The position numbers and the translations under genes were made by a program. A stretch of 45,187 bases of DNA from an uncultured archaeon (GTDB lineage Archaea > Thermoplasmatota > Penumbrarchaeia > JASLWR01), in NCBI GenBank assembly GCA_964430885.1, contig CAYSHM010000017.1:1-45187 (forward strand), in the 5' to 3' direction. This document shows positions 19,660-28,954 of this stretch, piece after piece. The notes under the pieces are model-generated. The model searched no databases, had not been told where the DNA came from, and saw only the letters and a list, made by a program, of their open reading frames with translations. Each line of letters opens with the position of its first letter. The first letter of the stretch is position 1.

Positions 19660-20703
19660 ATGGCTTCAAAAATACGGAAATGCGTTGTTTTGTCCTGTGA
19701 AAAGAATCTGCAAAGTATCAAGGCGGATCTGGAAACTGTCTCCAAACTAGGTGCGGACCTGATCGAACTGAGAATTGATGAATACATGAGTTATGACCCA
19801 ACCGAGGATATTAAAAGGGCAGAGGAGAAGAAGAAACAGGCTGAAGAGAGTGCTGCAGAGACCAAAGATGAATCCGAAGAACCTAGTGAATCAGAGGACG
19901 AGCAGGAAAAGGCTGCCAAGACCGAGAGTTCCGAGGTCAATATGGAGAAGACCGGCAGCGACGATAATGATAAGGATGAAAAGAAGAGCAATGAGAAAAA
20001 GATCGCTGATAAAGATGGAGACGAAAAGGCATCTACTGATGAAGAAGAGGAAATCGAAGATTGGGGTGAGCCGGACCTTGCTGTTGATACTGAGATAATT
20101 GAGGAAGATCCCGAAGAGATATTCAAAAAACCTGAACTGAGCGACATAGAAGAACTCATCAAGTCAAGCTCCATTCCGGTAATACTTGGTTTTCGTGATC
20201 TGGGAGAGGACTCATCCAAAGAAGCTGCTCAAAGAGCTGAATTGCTCAAAAAGGTTCTGGCAGGTTCACCAGCCTATATTGACATAAATATCGACGATTA
20301 CAAGAACGAAAGTTTTGAGGAAATTAAAAAAATTGCCAATGGTTCGGGTATCAAAATAATACTTTCCAGCAACTCGCGAAAGGATCCTATTGAAGAGGAC
20401 GAGCTTGTTGAAGATTTCGATATCATAGCAGACCAGAAGGCAGAACTCTACAAACTCGTATGCGATGTGGACGATCACAGTTCCTTGGCAGAGGTATTTG
20501 GCGCGGCCGATACAATAGTGGAGAAGAAAATTCCCTTTACCGTCTACGGGATAGGAAGCTTGGGACATATAAGCTCCACTTATGCTGAAATGCTTCAAAT
20601 AAAAATTGCCTACTGCAGTTACGGCAGACACAGTGATAGGACAAAACCTGCACTGGACCTTTCCAAAATGATCGAGGACTGGAACCTGCTGAAGAAGAAA
20701 TGA
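19660..20703 (+). CDS. Type I 3-dehydroquinate dehydratase-like (AroD-like) protein with a large acidic insertion; possibly inactive
   Basis: GADLIELRID, IPVILGFR, YIDI, IILS, Schiff-base-position Lys in ELYKLV, GIGSLGHIS. Catalytic His and APGQ motif not evident. Confidence 0.75.
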   Translation: MASKIRKCVVLSCEKNLQSIKADLETVSKLGADLIELRIDEYMSYDPTEDIKRAEEKKKQAEESAAETKDESEEPSESEDEQEKAAKTESSEVNMEKTGSDDNDKDEKKSNEKKIADKDGDEKASTDEEEEIEDWGEPDLAVDTEIIEEDPEEIFKKPELSDIEELIKSSSIPVILGFRDLGEDSSKEAAQRAELLKKVLAGSPAYIDINIDDYKNESFEEIKKIANGSGIKIILSSNSRKDPIEEDELVEDFDIIADQKAELYKLVCDVDDHSSLAEVFGAADTIVEKKIPFTVYGIGSLGHISSTYAEMLQIKIAYCSYGRHSDRTKPALDLSKMIEDWNLLKKK

Positions 20704-20934
20704 TCTTGCACCTCCAATCTTCCGATCATAACAATCATTATCAGTCGGCACCGTTCATCTTGTTCATAGATGAAATTCAAAGCTGAAATAGGATTTTACA
20801 AAAGCTAAGCTTTTTTCGATTAAAGCTTTTTAGGTCCCGTATCAACCGGGATTGAATATTTATTTATATTATACCAATATATACCTGGGTTGAGGGAATA
20901 TTTTTCAAAACTTCTCCTTCCAATGGGTGTGAAA

Positions 20935-21906
20935 ATGGAACTTTTCTCCATAATAACCGTTCTTGAGATAGTACTCATTCTAATTGCCGTATTGATCCTG
21001 CCTTCCAAGAAAAAGACCATGGTAGCGATGATATTGGCAATCGGGAATCTCCTGATCTTCATCACCCATGTGATCCATGAACCGAAACTGCTGTCGGGTT
21101 CGGTTTCGTTGATATCCCGGGACGGACCTTCCGCTCACCTTTTGATCTGGGATGAACTGGGATACCGGATCCTTGATATTATTAAAGGAGATGAACTCTA
21201 TACCTTGGTCACTGCTCTTTTCATCCATGCAAACCTGGTCCACATATTCGCAAATATGCTTGTGCTCCTTCTTCTCGGCGTTCCCTTTGAAGAAAAGATC
21301 GGGGCCCGGAATTTTGCCATTCTGTTCTTCGGTGCTGGAATAGGGGCCGCTTTGCTTAAACTGTTTTATTATGCGCTTATGGGTGAATTTCCCGGTCTTT
21401 CTGCAGGAGCGAATGGGATCGGAGCGTCAGGAGCAATTTTCGGTGTTCTAGGTGCATTTGTTGCCCTTTATCCTAGAGAGAAGGTGATGTTCCCCCTCGG
21501 CTTCATTCTAAGACCATGGCCGGTATATATTATCGCTCTGCTGTATGGAGCTATTGAAAGCTTCTCGGTCCTTGGCGGTGTATCGGATGGTGTGGGTCAT
21601 GTAACCCATTTCAACGGTCTTCTAGTAGGCATAGGGCTAGCTCTTATAATGAAGAAAGCGGGTCTCCTTGAGAAGAAAAAGAAGATGATAAAGATAAAAT
21701 ACTCCGAAAAGGAGCTTAATGAGATAGCATCAACTCCCAAACTGCAGAAGCTCCTTGCAAAGATAAAAATGGAAGAGATCCCTGAAATCAAACAAGCCTG
21801 GTTGGAGAAGCTCATTGAGACTGCCGTCTGTCCGAAGTGCAGTGAACAATTAGAGGAAAAGAGACGCAGATGCAAGTGCGGATATCTCAATAGGAGAAAA
21901 CTGTAA
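20935..21906 (+). CDS. Rhomboid intramembrane serine protease with a C-terminal Zn ribbon
   Basis: HANLVHIFANM, catalytic GASG, catalytic His in HVTHFNG, about 7 TM, terminal CPKC-x9-CKCG. Start could also be 20923 or 20890. Confidence 0.93.
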   Translation: MELFSIITVLEIVLILIAVLILPSKKKTMVAMILAIGNLLIFITHVIHEPKLLSGSVSLISRDGPSAHLLIWDELGYRILDIIKGDELYTLVTALFIHANLVHIFANMLVLLLLGVPFEEKIGARNFAILFFGAGIGAALLKLFYYALMGEFPGLSAGANGIGASGAIFGVLGAFVALYPREKVMFPLGFILRPWPVYIIALLYGAIESFSVLGGVSDGVGHVTHFNGLLVGIGLALIMKKAGLLEKKKKMIKIKYSEKELNEIASTPKLQKLLAKIKMEEIPEIKQAWLEKLIETAVCPKCSEQLEEKRRRCKCGYLNRRKL

Positions 21907-22017
21907 TCCCTAGGTTTGTTCCTTTAGGTAGTTGGAAAGGGGAGGTAGAATTAAATGCAGGGTAAATAGAAGGCTTCCATGAGATATCCCCAACCATGGG
22001 CAGTATAAATTGGCGGA

Positions 22018-23457
22018 TCAGATATCGATTAAAGATCTAAGGGTCTCAATTGTTTCAGAAAAATGGATTATTGTTTCCTTCTCAAAGCTCGTCTTGTAGA
22101 TATACCCGTTATCAACTTCAAAGATACCGTTGTTTGCAGGATAGGCTATTTCCTCAATAACCTTATCGTAGGCAAGATCGAACTCGGTATTATCATTTGC
22201 CGTGTCCCATGCTGTGTAGAACACCCAGAGGATTTCTCCGTTACTCCCTGTATAATGATATAATCTGTCGCCACCCCAACCCTGTGCAGCATCTTCGGCT
22301 TCCTGGGACAATACGCCGGTAGTGCCGGAAAGCAGTTCAGAGACCTGGATGTCCTCAATATCCCCCAGATACTGGTCAAGCATCTGCTGTATGAATGCTT
22401 CCCCCATTGTTTCAGAGAAATCAAGGATGAAATTATCAATTGGAATTTCGAATGATATTTCCACCGGGAGCTCGTCTGACCTGTATTTCTCATAGTGCAG
22501 AATCTGCTCACTGGATACCGGAGGTTCCATATACAGGTCGTTCACTCCGTCCCAGCCGCGTCCTGAATAGATCTGCTCTACGAAAAAGAGCCCTTGAATA
22601 TAGGGGAACAAAGTAAGGGTGGAAAGTGCTTTGCTTGAAACCCCGCCAGTTTGGGAGGTAATGGAGGATATTGAGGTGAACCCTGCATCGAGGTTCATTA
22701 ATAACAGATCCTCCCAGCTCATATCAGCCTGATATTTTGTCATGACAAGGCTTGCGTCACCCTCCACAACAGACAGTCGGGCAAGTGACTCGTCGAAGGA
22801 ATAATTGTTCCAAAGGTAGTTATCCAGTTCAAAATGCTGGTCCTGAAGAGCATGGGTATACTCATGGGACAGAATATAGTTCACATAGGGCTCGAAATGA
22901 CTTCCGATCACGTACATCTCCTTAGTGTCCGGATCATAGAATCCAGCGATCTGGTCCGCAGCAGAGTCAAGGGAGCCGTTGAAGAGATCTGCTTCCTCAT
23001 CTATAATGAACAGGTCCTTGTAGATCCGCTCCTCTCGATGAAAATCCTCAAGATCCTCGGGAGTGATGGAATCCTGGAGATAATCTTTCAATCTTGACTT
23101 GGACATGGTTCTCTGGGGAATAGTTTCCTTCGCTTCCAAACCCCTGATATGGCCAACATCGTTTATATCAACATAATCTGCCTCGGTGTTCTTGGTCCAA
23201 TAATAATATAGAGAACCGGATATCAGGAGCAGAAGAACAACGGCTATTCCCGCAAGAATTGGAATGTTCTTCTTCCTGCGTTTTCGGTCCCTTAGGTTTT
23301 TTCGGCGGTGTTCCTTTTTCTTATCTGAATACCTGAAATATATATTGCAGCTGGGGCAGTATTTGTCATCATTCAAGGGATCGTTCCCTTCACCCTGAAA
23401 ATTGATCCCGGGCTTACTGCACTCGGGACACTTTACCGCAATATTGATCTCATTCAT
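22018..23457 (-). CDS. Membrane-anchored HEXXH zincin-like protein with an N-terminal Zn ribbon
   Basis: CPEC...CPSC, basic run, TM, then IRGL, AGFYDP, HEYTHALQDQ, VEGDA, FPY.QG, P.SSEQILH and AAQGWGGD. Alternative start 23496. Confidence 0.75.
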   Translation of the reverse strand: MNEINIAVKCPECSKPGINFQGEGNDPLNDDKYCPSCNIYFRYSDKKKEHRRKNLRDRKRRKKNIPILAGIAVVLLLLISGSLYYYWTKNTEADYVDINDVGHIRGLEAKETIPQRTMSKSRLKDYLQDSITPEDLEDFHREERIYKDLFIIDEEADLFNGSLDSAADQIAGFYDPDTKEMYVIGSHFEPYVNYILSHEYTHALQDQHFELDNYLWNNYSFDESLARLSVVEGDASLVMTKYQADMSWEDLLLMNLDAGFTSISSITSQTGGVSSKALSTLTLFPYIQGLFFVEQIYSGRGWDGVNDLYMEPPVSSEQILHYEKYRSDELPVEISFEIPIDNFILDFSETMGEAFIQQMLDQYLGDIEDIQVSELLSGTTGVLSQEAEDAAQGWGGDRLYHYTGSNGEILWVFYTAWDTANDNTEFDLAYDKVIEEIAYPANNGIFEVDNGYIYKTSFEKETIIHFSETIETLRSLIDI

Positions 23458-23562
23458 AAGCTCACATCTCGTTTGCTTAGATAAAGAATAGAACATTCAT
23501 CTTATACAAAATATTGGAAATTTTTAATTGGTTCCATTATTGAAGATCTGATAATAGTTCTC

Positions 23563-26500
23563 CTACTTGATATCTTCAAGCTGGTACTTGGTCAGACCTG
23601 ATAGGATATCATCCTTGTTTCCGTTCACCGCGTCTATGAATATCTGCCTCGGTCCTCTCTTTCCCTTTATTGAAATAATGAAATAGGGATAATAAACCAC
23701 ATCCTCAGAATCCAAAGACAGCCCGTCCCCAAGGGTATCTATGATACTCTTGATATCGTTAGTCTTGTATTCTGGCTTAAGGGCCTCGGTCTTTATATCC
23801 CCTTCCCTTATGTAAGGTAGGTCCGGTACAGCTCTTGTGAACTTTGAAGGCACATTCAGATCAATATCCCTGGCATACCTGTAACCTCCATCGCCTGAAA
23901 CCTCCTTGTTGACCAGTCCTTCCTTTTCCAGGTTCTTCAAGGCCCGGTTGAGATCCTGAGCCCGTAGAGATGTTTTCAGCTTGAGCTCAGTGTCCATGAG
24001 AAAGGCGCTTCTCCTCAGGTAATAGAGTGTTTTGATTTCAGAGACGCTTCTACCGAAAAGATGCCAGAGGTTCATGGTTCTTTTAAGACCCTTCTTGTAT
24101 CTCGTGACCAGTTCTCCAGTTACCGGATCGAAGAAAAGGGTATAGTTTTTCTTTTTCCTGCGGATAAGACCCTCTGTTCGGCTCACGGTCAGCCGCATCA
24201 GCGGAAGGAAGGTTATCTGGGATCCGGTTACCATTTCTATTCTCTTTTTCTTTATCAGGCCTTTGGTCTCAAGATCCGACATTGCCGAACTCTCCGCACG
24301 TGAATCAGTTATCTGGGGTTCCACAACAAGGTGCCTGCTACCGGGGGCCAAGAAATCGAATTCCGGCTGATCGTAATCTTCGTATATATCTTCTCTGGCA
24401 GGCGGTTCGGATTCGGTTATTGATCCAGGTTCATCCCGACCAACAGGAATCTCGGTTCCTGACAACTCTGTACTTCGGGCAATTTCAGCCGCCAATTCCT
24501 CACGATGAACCTTATCTGCAAATTCGGATTCAGTTATTCTTTGGGACGACTCCATTTCAGGTCGAAGATCCAGTACCTTCCTGGGCTTGACCATTCTCTT
24601 CAAGGGTTCTCCTGGTCTTCTTCTTGCAACCATCTCTTCTCTGGGGGAAGGTCCAGGAGCAGGCAGATGAACTTTCTGAATGTCCTCCTCCCTGATATTA
24701 CGTCCCTGCAGGGTTCTGCGGAGATAATCCTGGTTGAACCTGATATCCGGCCATCCCATTCCCTGATTCGGGTCCCTTACCTGCCCTCCTGGAAAATGGC
24801 GATATCCCGCAGCTGGCATTCCGGCATCGTCTCGGTGTTCATCATTCTCATCCACCTTTATGACATATGTAATGCCGTTCTCATTCTCCTCTATATCCAC
24901 GTTGCCATCCTCTTCCACCCATTCCTCGATAAACCTCTCTTTCTTCTCATCAAGGACATCCTCCTTGATCTTGAAAACCACTCCGCTTTCATCCTTCTCG
25001 ATAACCACACCTTCCTCCTCCTCCGCCCATTTTGGTACCTCCTTCACCTTCTCCTTGAGCGACTCCTTAATCGAAAGTTCATCATTGGCTAACACTTCCT
25101 CGATCCTGTGGACCCCTGCCTCAGGATCTACTTCATCATCATTCTCGGCAGCGTCAGAATCCAGTTCCCAATCCACTGAATCATCACTGGATGCTCCTTT
25201 ATCTTCTGCTTTATTCAGATCAGCTTCGGCTTCCGCCTTCTTTTTGGACCTATCATCCTTGGTTTCTGCTTTCTCACCTTCAGCGTCCATTTTTCCAACA
25301 TCATCATCAAAATCTTCTTCTTCTTCTTCTGAGACGATTTCAGCAGCACTAGCATCTTCAAGGGAAACTTCTGATTCCGGCCCAGGTTCTGCTGAAATAC
25401 CCGTTTGGGTTTTTTCCGGAATTTCATAGGTTTCATACTCTGTCCCTTCAATAAGCTCTCTGTCAAAGACCTTGTCCATTTCCATTTCCAGAAGCAGAAG
25501 CTGTTTCTCATCGAGTACACGGGACATGACGTTGAAAACCACCACTCCTTTAAGTACCAGGGCGATCTCATGAATACACTGGACAACCTCGATCATGGCC
25601 TTGAATCCCTTTACGGTCATAATATATTCCAATCCGTTGATATATACAAATCCCGGGGAATTCTCCTTGAGGAACTCGGCAATCTTTCCAACCATGTTCC
25701 AGAGGTCATTTGGATCAAGACTGTTCTTAATGGGAGTACGTGATAACCAATAATAAATGACATCCTTCTTTGAAAATTCGCCCAATACTTTGGATCGGGG
25801 AATACGGGAGATCAGAAGTACCTTTTTCCGGTCTTGGAGACTATCCTCTTCTTCCCCCTCTTCACTGTCCTCGGTATCCTCTTCTGGCTGCTTATCATCC
25901 ATCAGGTCCTTCAGGAACTCGATTGCCCTCTTACCCCTTTCGTCTTTGAAAAGAAAATGAGGTCCTTCCTCAAGGGCCTTGATTAGAAGTTCAGATCCCT
26001 CAATATCATCGATATTTCTTTCTTCCAGGTCCATTTGGGTTATGACACTGTGAATATCCAATTCCCTCTTCTCAGGTACAGCAGTGGGAGCGGTAGGTTT
26101 CTCTTCAGCCGGGACTTCAGTGGTTTCTTTCTCATCAGCCTGCTCTTCCTGGTAAGGCGTGTTTTCCTCAACCAATACATCCACTTCTGCCTTTTCCTCT
26201 GGTCCAGGTTCTATCGAATCCTCAGGTTTCCCCTCCATTTCCTCTTCTTCCGGTATTTGTACTGATTCATCATCAATATCAACATCATCTGCAGGTCCTT
26301 CCTCTCTATCCGACTTATCTTCATTCTTTTCCTCTACCGGGGTATCAAGTTCCTTTAGATCGACCTCACCGTCCTTCATCATATCCTCTACGGTAAAAAC
26401 CTTGGATGGAGCCAAGTGATCAATATCCTCATAAGACCTGACGGATTCCACAGCTTTCTCTTCCGTTGTCACCTTCTCCTCCTCGATCTCCTCATCTTTC

Positions 26501-28530
26501 TGAATTTGGGGAAGGTCTTGGTCACTGACATGCTCTAGAGCTTCTTCAATGGCCTTTTCTTTCCCGGATTTTATTATCGGGTCTTTCTTTTCAGGTGGTT
26601 CCACCATAATTTCTTTTACCCTGCCTCTCTGCCGGCTCTTTCTGGCCAGATCGGAGAAAGTGACAATCCCCGAGCCACTTCGCTGGATTTCGCGGTCATC
26701 CGCTTTAATTTCTCCCTGCTCTTTTTTCCTATCCTCGGGATGTTCAGATCTGAATTCTGGAGGGAACGGATCTTCAAGAAGACTGTCATTTACATGTTCA
26801 TCACCAAGTATCTCCCCTCCATGCTCCTTGGAAGCGCTTTCATCTTCAACAAGGGCTTTCCTCATTTTGGGTTCCAAACCTGCATGGCCAACCACAAAAA
26901 CCGGTCTGGTATCCTCCTCCTTTTTCTCTTCAGGGGAATCAATATGGACAAACATCTTCTCCACATTGATAGATGGGGTCAGCACCGAGGAGCCGCCTGC
27001 CTTGAACTTAGGGGTAACGGATTCAGGTACAGGTGCATAAGAAACACTCTCCCTGGAATCCACGATGTTCTGGGGGGTTGCAGCTTTCCCTGAATGATAT
27101 GACTGCCGGGGTCTGAACTTGGCGAATAAGGTCCTCTGCTGGGTCTTCTGATCGGCAATAATGCCCATTCCCGTAGGTATGGACCTTATGAAATCAGTGT
27201 TCATCAGTACATTTGGCGCCTTTGCGGGTATTCTCTTTTTCAGGGCCTGTATATCATCCTTCAGAGCTAAATTATGACTGAGCATCATGTCCACCTGGGA
27301 AAGTACCTCGTCATCGGTGGATGCCGGTCTCTGGGTAGCAAGGACAAGAGCGCAGCCGGGCCTCCGGCCTAGTTTTGCATACTCGATAAGAGCGGATGTT
27401 GCAGGGGTGCTCTTCCTGTGAGGCAGAATCAGATGCGCCTCATCTATCAGAAGCCAGGTAACTGGAATGGACTCGCCTCGAGAGACGTTCAATCCCATGG
27501 AAATGGCCTCTTCTCTTTTGGAGGCCTGTATTCGCCCTTCAAGGATCTTACGAGCCAGAATTCCAACGATTAGGGCTCTCTTGTCATCGTCGAGCTTGGG
27601 ATGTGAAACGTCGATGACAGTTACCCTGTTGGCTTTGATAAGCTGGGTTATGGGGGTTCCATCAACCGAGAATATCCCCCAATTTCCAGCTGCCAAGAAT
27701 CTAGCCCCCATTGACCTTCTGGTGGAAACCGCGTAACCTTTCTTTTTGGATTGAAAATCAATATCATGCTCTATGCATTGAATTATATCGCCTATGGAGT
27801 AAGCATTGTCCTTACCAGGCATCTCAACCTTTCTCTCCCCGTATAGAGCAATATAACCTTCTCTTACCTTGTTGATGACATCACCAATTAAAAGACCCTG
27901 AGCCTTGAAACGGTTGACATCGAACATTGTACACCAGTCACCAGCGCTCATTTCATGTATCGCTATTGAAAAATTATCATCTATTACGGCTTCCATTCCG
28001 TCCTCGTATCCCATGGGAGTATATACATCGACATTATGAAAACCGCGGGCTTCCAATCCGAAGGACCTCAGCTGCTCTATCTCTTTATCTGACCTGTTCT
28101 TCCTTTTCATAGACCAGAATATCCCTATTGGATCAATGAGCACCGTTCCTATGCCCTGTTCTCCCTTGGCCAGTTCTTCGGCTATGGTTCCCAGTGTATA
28201 GGATTTTCCGCTTCCCCTTTTCCCGCAGATGAATATGATATGAGGGAACTGGTTATCGATCATTATCTGTCTTGCAAGATGATTGTCACCTGAAAGCTGT
28301 GTTTCCGCTACCACCCCAATATCCATTAGTCCCGTGTTCCCGATCTCCTGGTGTTCACTTCTTCTTCTTCCAAGGACTATGTAATCGTTCTCAGTATCTA
28401 TAAGTGGGTTCAGCGGGCTCTCTATCTCGGGCACATAATTGAAAAGATAACTTTCATCCTCTCTAACCTCTTCGTCAAGCCCATTTTCTATTTGGATGTC
28501 ATTGATATCGATATCCTTCATAACTTCCAC
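23563..28530 (-). CDS. HerA/DUF87-type P-loop ATPase fused to acidic linkers, a DUF835 domain and a winged-helix-containing C-terminus
   Basis: Walker A GKRGSGKS (28201-28224); IDPIG; Walker B LLIDEAH; GRRPG; ATQRP; DUF835 signature WLS...DP..L...I.EFL...INGLEY...GF...LLE.E; wHTH LNRALKNLEKEGLV. Start may be ATG 28521. Confidence 0.85.
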   Translation of the reverse strand: MEVMKDIDINDIQIENGLDEEVREDESYLFNYVPEIESPLNPLIDTENDYIVLGRRRSEHQEIGNTGLMDIGVVAETQLSGDNHLARQIMIDNQFPHIIFICGKRGSGKSYTLGTIAEELAKGEQGIGTVLIDPIGIFWSMKRKNRSDKEIEQLRSFGLEARGFHNVDVYTPMGYEDGMEAVIDDNFSIAIHEMSAGDWCTMFDVNRFKAQGLLIGDVINKVREGYIALYGERKVEMPGKDNAYSIGDIIQCIEHDIDFQSKKKGYAVSTRRSMGARFLAAGNWGIFSVDGTPITQLIKANRVTVIDVSHPKLDDDKRALIVGILARKILEGRIQASKREEAISMGLNVSRGESIPVTWLLIDEAHLILPHRKSTPATSALIEYAKLGRRPGCALVLATQRPASTDDEVLSQVDMMLSHNLALKDDIQALKKRIPAKAPNVLMNTDFIRSIPTGMGIIADQKTQQRTLFAKFRPRQSYHSGKAATPQNIVDSRESVSYAPVPESVTPKFKAGGSSVLTPSINVEKMFVHIDSPEEKKEEDTRPVFVVGHAGLEPKMRKALVEDESASKEHGGEILGDEHVNDSLLEDPFPPEFRSEHPEDRKKEQGEIKADDREIQRSGSGIVTFSDLARKSRQRGRVKEIMVEPPEKKDPIIKSGKEKAIEEALEHVSDQDLPQIQKDEEIEEEKVTTEEKAVESVRSYEDIDHLAPSKVFTVEDMMKDGEVDLKELDTPVEEKNEDKSDREEGPADDVDIDDESVQIPEEEEMEGKPEDSIEPGPEEKAEVDVLVEENTPYQEEQADEKETTEVPAEEKPTAPTAVPEKRELDIHSVITQMDLEERNIDDIEGSELLIKALEEGPHFLFKDERGKRAIEFLKDLMDDKQPEEDTEDSEEGEEEDSLQDRKKVLLISRIPRSKVLGEFSKKDVIYYWLSRTPIKNSLDPNDLWNMVGKIAEFLKENSPGFVYINGLEYIMTVKGFKAMIEVVQCIHEIALVLKGVVVFNVMSRVLDEKQLLLLEMEMDKVFDRELIEGTEYETYEIPEKTQTGISAEPGPESEVSLEDASAAEIVSEEEEEDFDDDVGKMDAEGEKAETKDDRSKKKAEAEADLNKAEDKGASSDDSVDWELDSDAAENDDEVDPEAGVHRIEEVLANDELSIKESLKEKVKEVPKWAEEEEGVVIEKDESGVVFKIKEDVLDEKKERFIEEWVEEDGNVDIEENENGITYVIKVDENDEHRDDAGMPAAGYRHFPGGQVRDPNQGMGWPDIRFNQDYLRRTLQGRNIREEDIQKVHLPAPGPSPREEMVARRRPGEPLKRMVKPRKVLDLRPEMESSQRITESEFADKVHREELAAEIARSTELSGTEIPVGRDEPGSITESEPPAREDIYEDYDQPEFDFLAPGSRHLVVEPQITDSRAESSAMSDLETKGLIKKKRIEMVTGSQITFLPLMRLTVSRTEGLIRRKKKNYTLFFDPVTGELVTRYKKGLKRTMNLWHLFGRSVSEIKTLYYLRRSAFLMDTELKLKTSLRAQDLNRALKNLEKEGLVNKEVSGDGGYRYARDIDLNVPSKFTRAVPDLPYIREGDIKTEALKPEYKTNDIKSIIDTLGDGLSLDSEDVVYYPYFIISIKGKRGPRQIFIDAVNGNKDDILSGLTKYQLEDIK

Positions 28531-28954
28531 GCTCGTTATTTGTTGCTATCTATCACTGATGAGCTGATACGTTTTCGGTAAATAACCGGAAAGGCATCTA
28601 AGGCAGAAGGGGTAAAATGTTATACCATCAATAATGGGTTGATAGTATCAACTCTATCAGAGAACAGTTCTGTTCCTAATCAAGCAAAATAACCCCCTCA
28701 GGTCAAATGTAGATTCAATTTATGTTATATAGTAATTATTTATATATATTACTGTTTCAGGTATTATTGGGATTTTTGTTAATATGTATTCTGTCATAGA
28801 AAAAATAATTATAAAGTCCAGATAATAAAAAAAAGGTTTTCAGTGAACTTAAGGTCCAGAAAAAAATACAATTCAGTGCAATTATGGAAAATGAACCGCA
28901 TTTCATTAAAAATTATTGTAAACTAAATAAAGCAAATGACAGGTTGGATCATCG

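Noticed and set aside
20800-20814. AAAAGCT-A-AGCTTTT palindrome
   Set aside because: Low complexity, no loop, plausibly chance or part of a T-rich terminator.
21917-21946. TTCC...GGAAAGGGG as an ORB-like origin element
   Set aside because: Single copy, wrong spacing and no orc1/cdc6 gene nearby.
28557-28600. CTGATGA...GAAA resembling a hammerhead ribozyme core
   Set aside because: No G-C closing pair for stem II, the GAAA is consumed in another hairpin, and no stem III or NUH cleavage site is evident.
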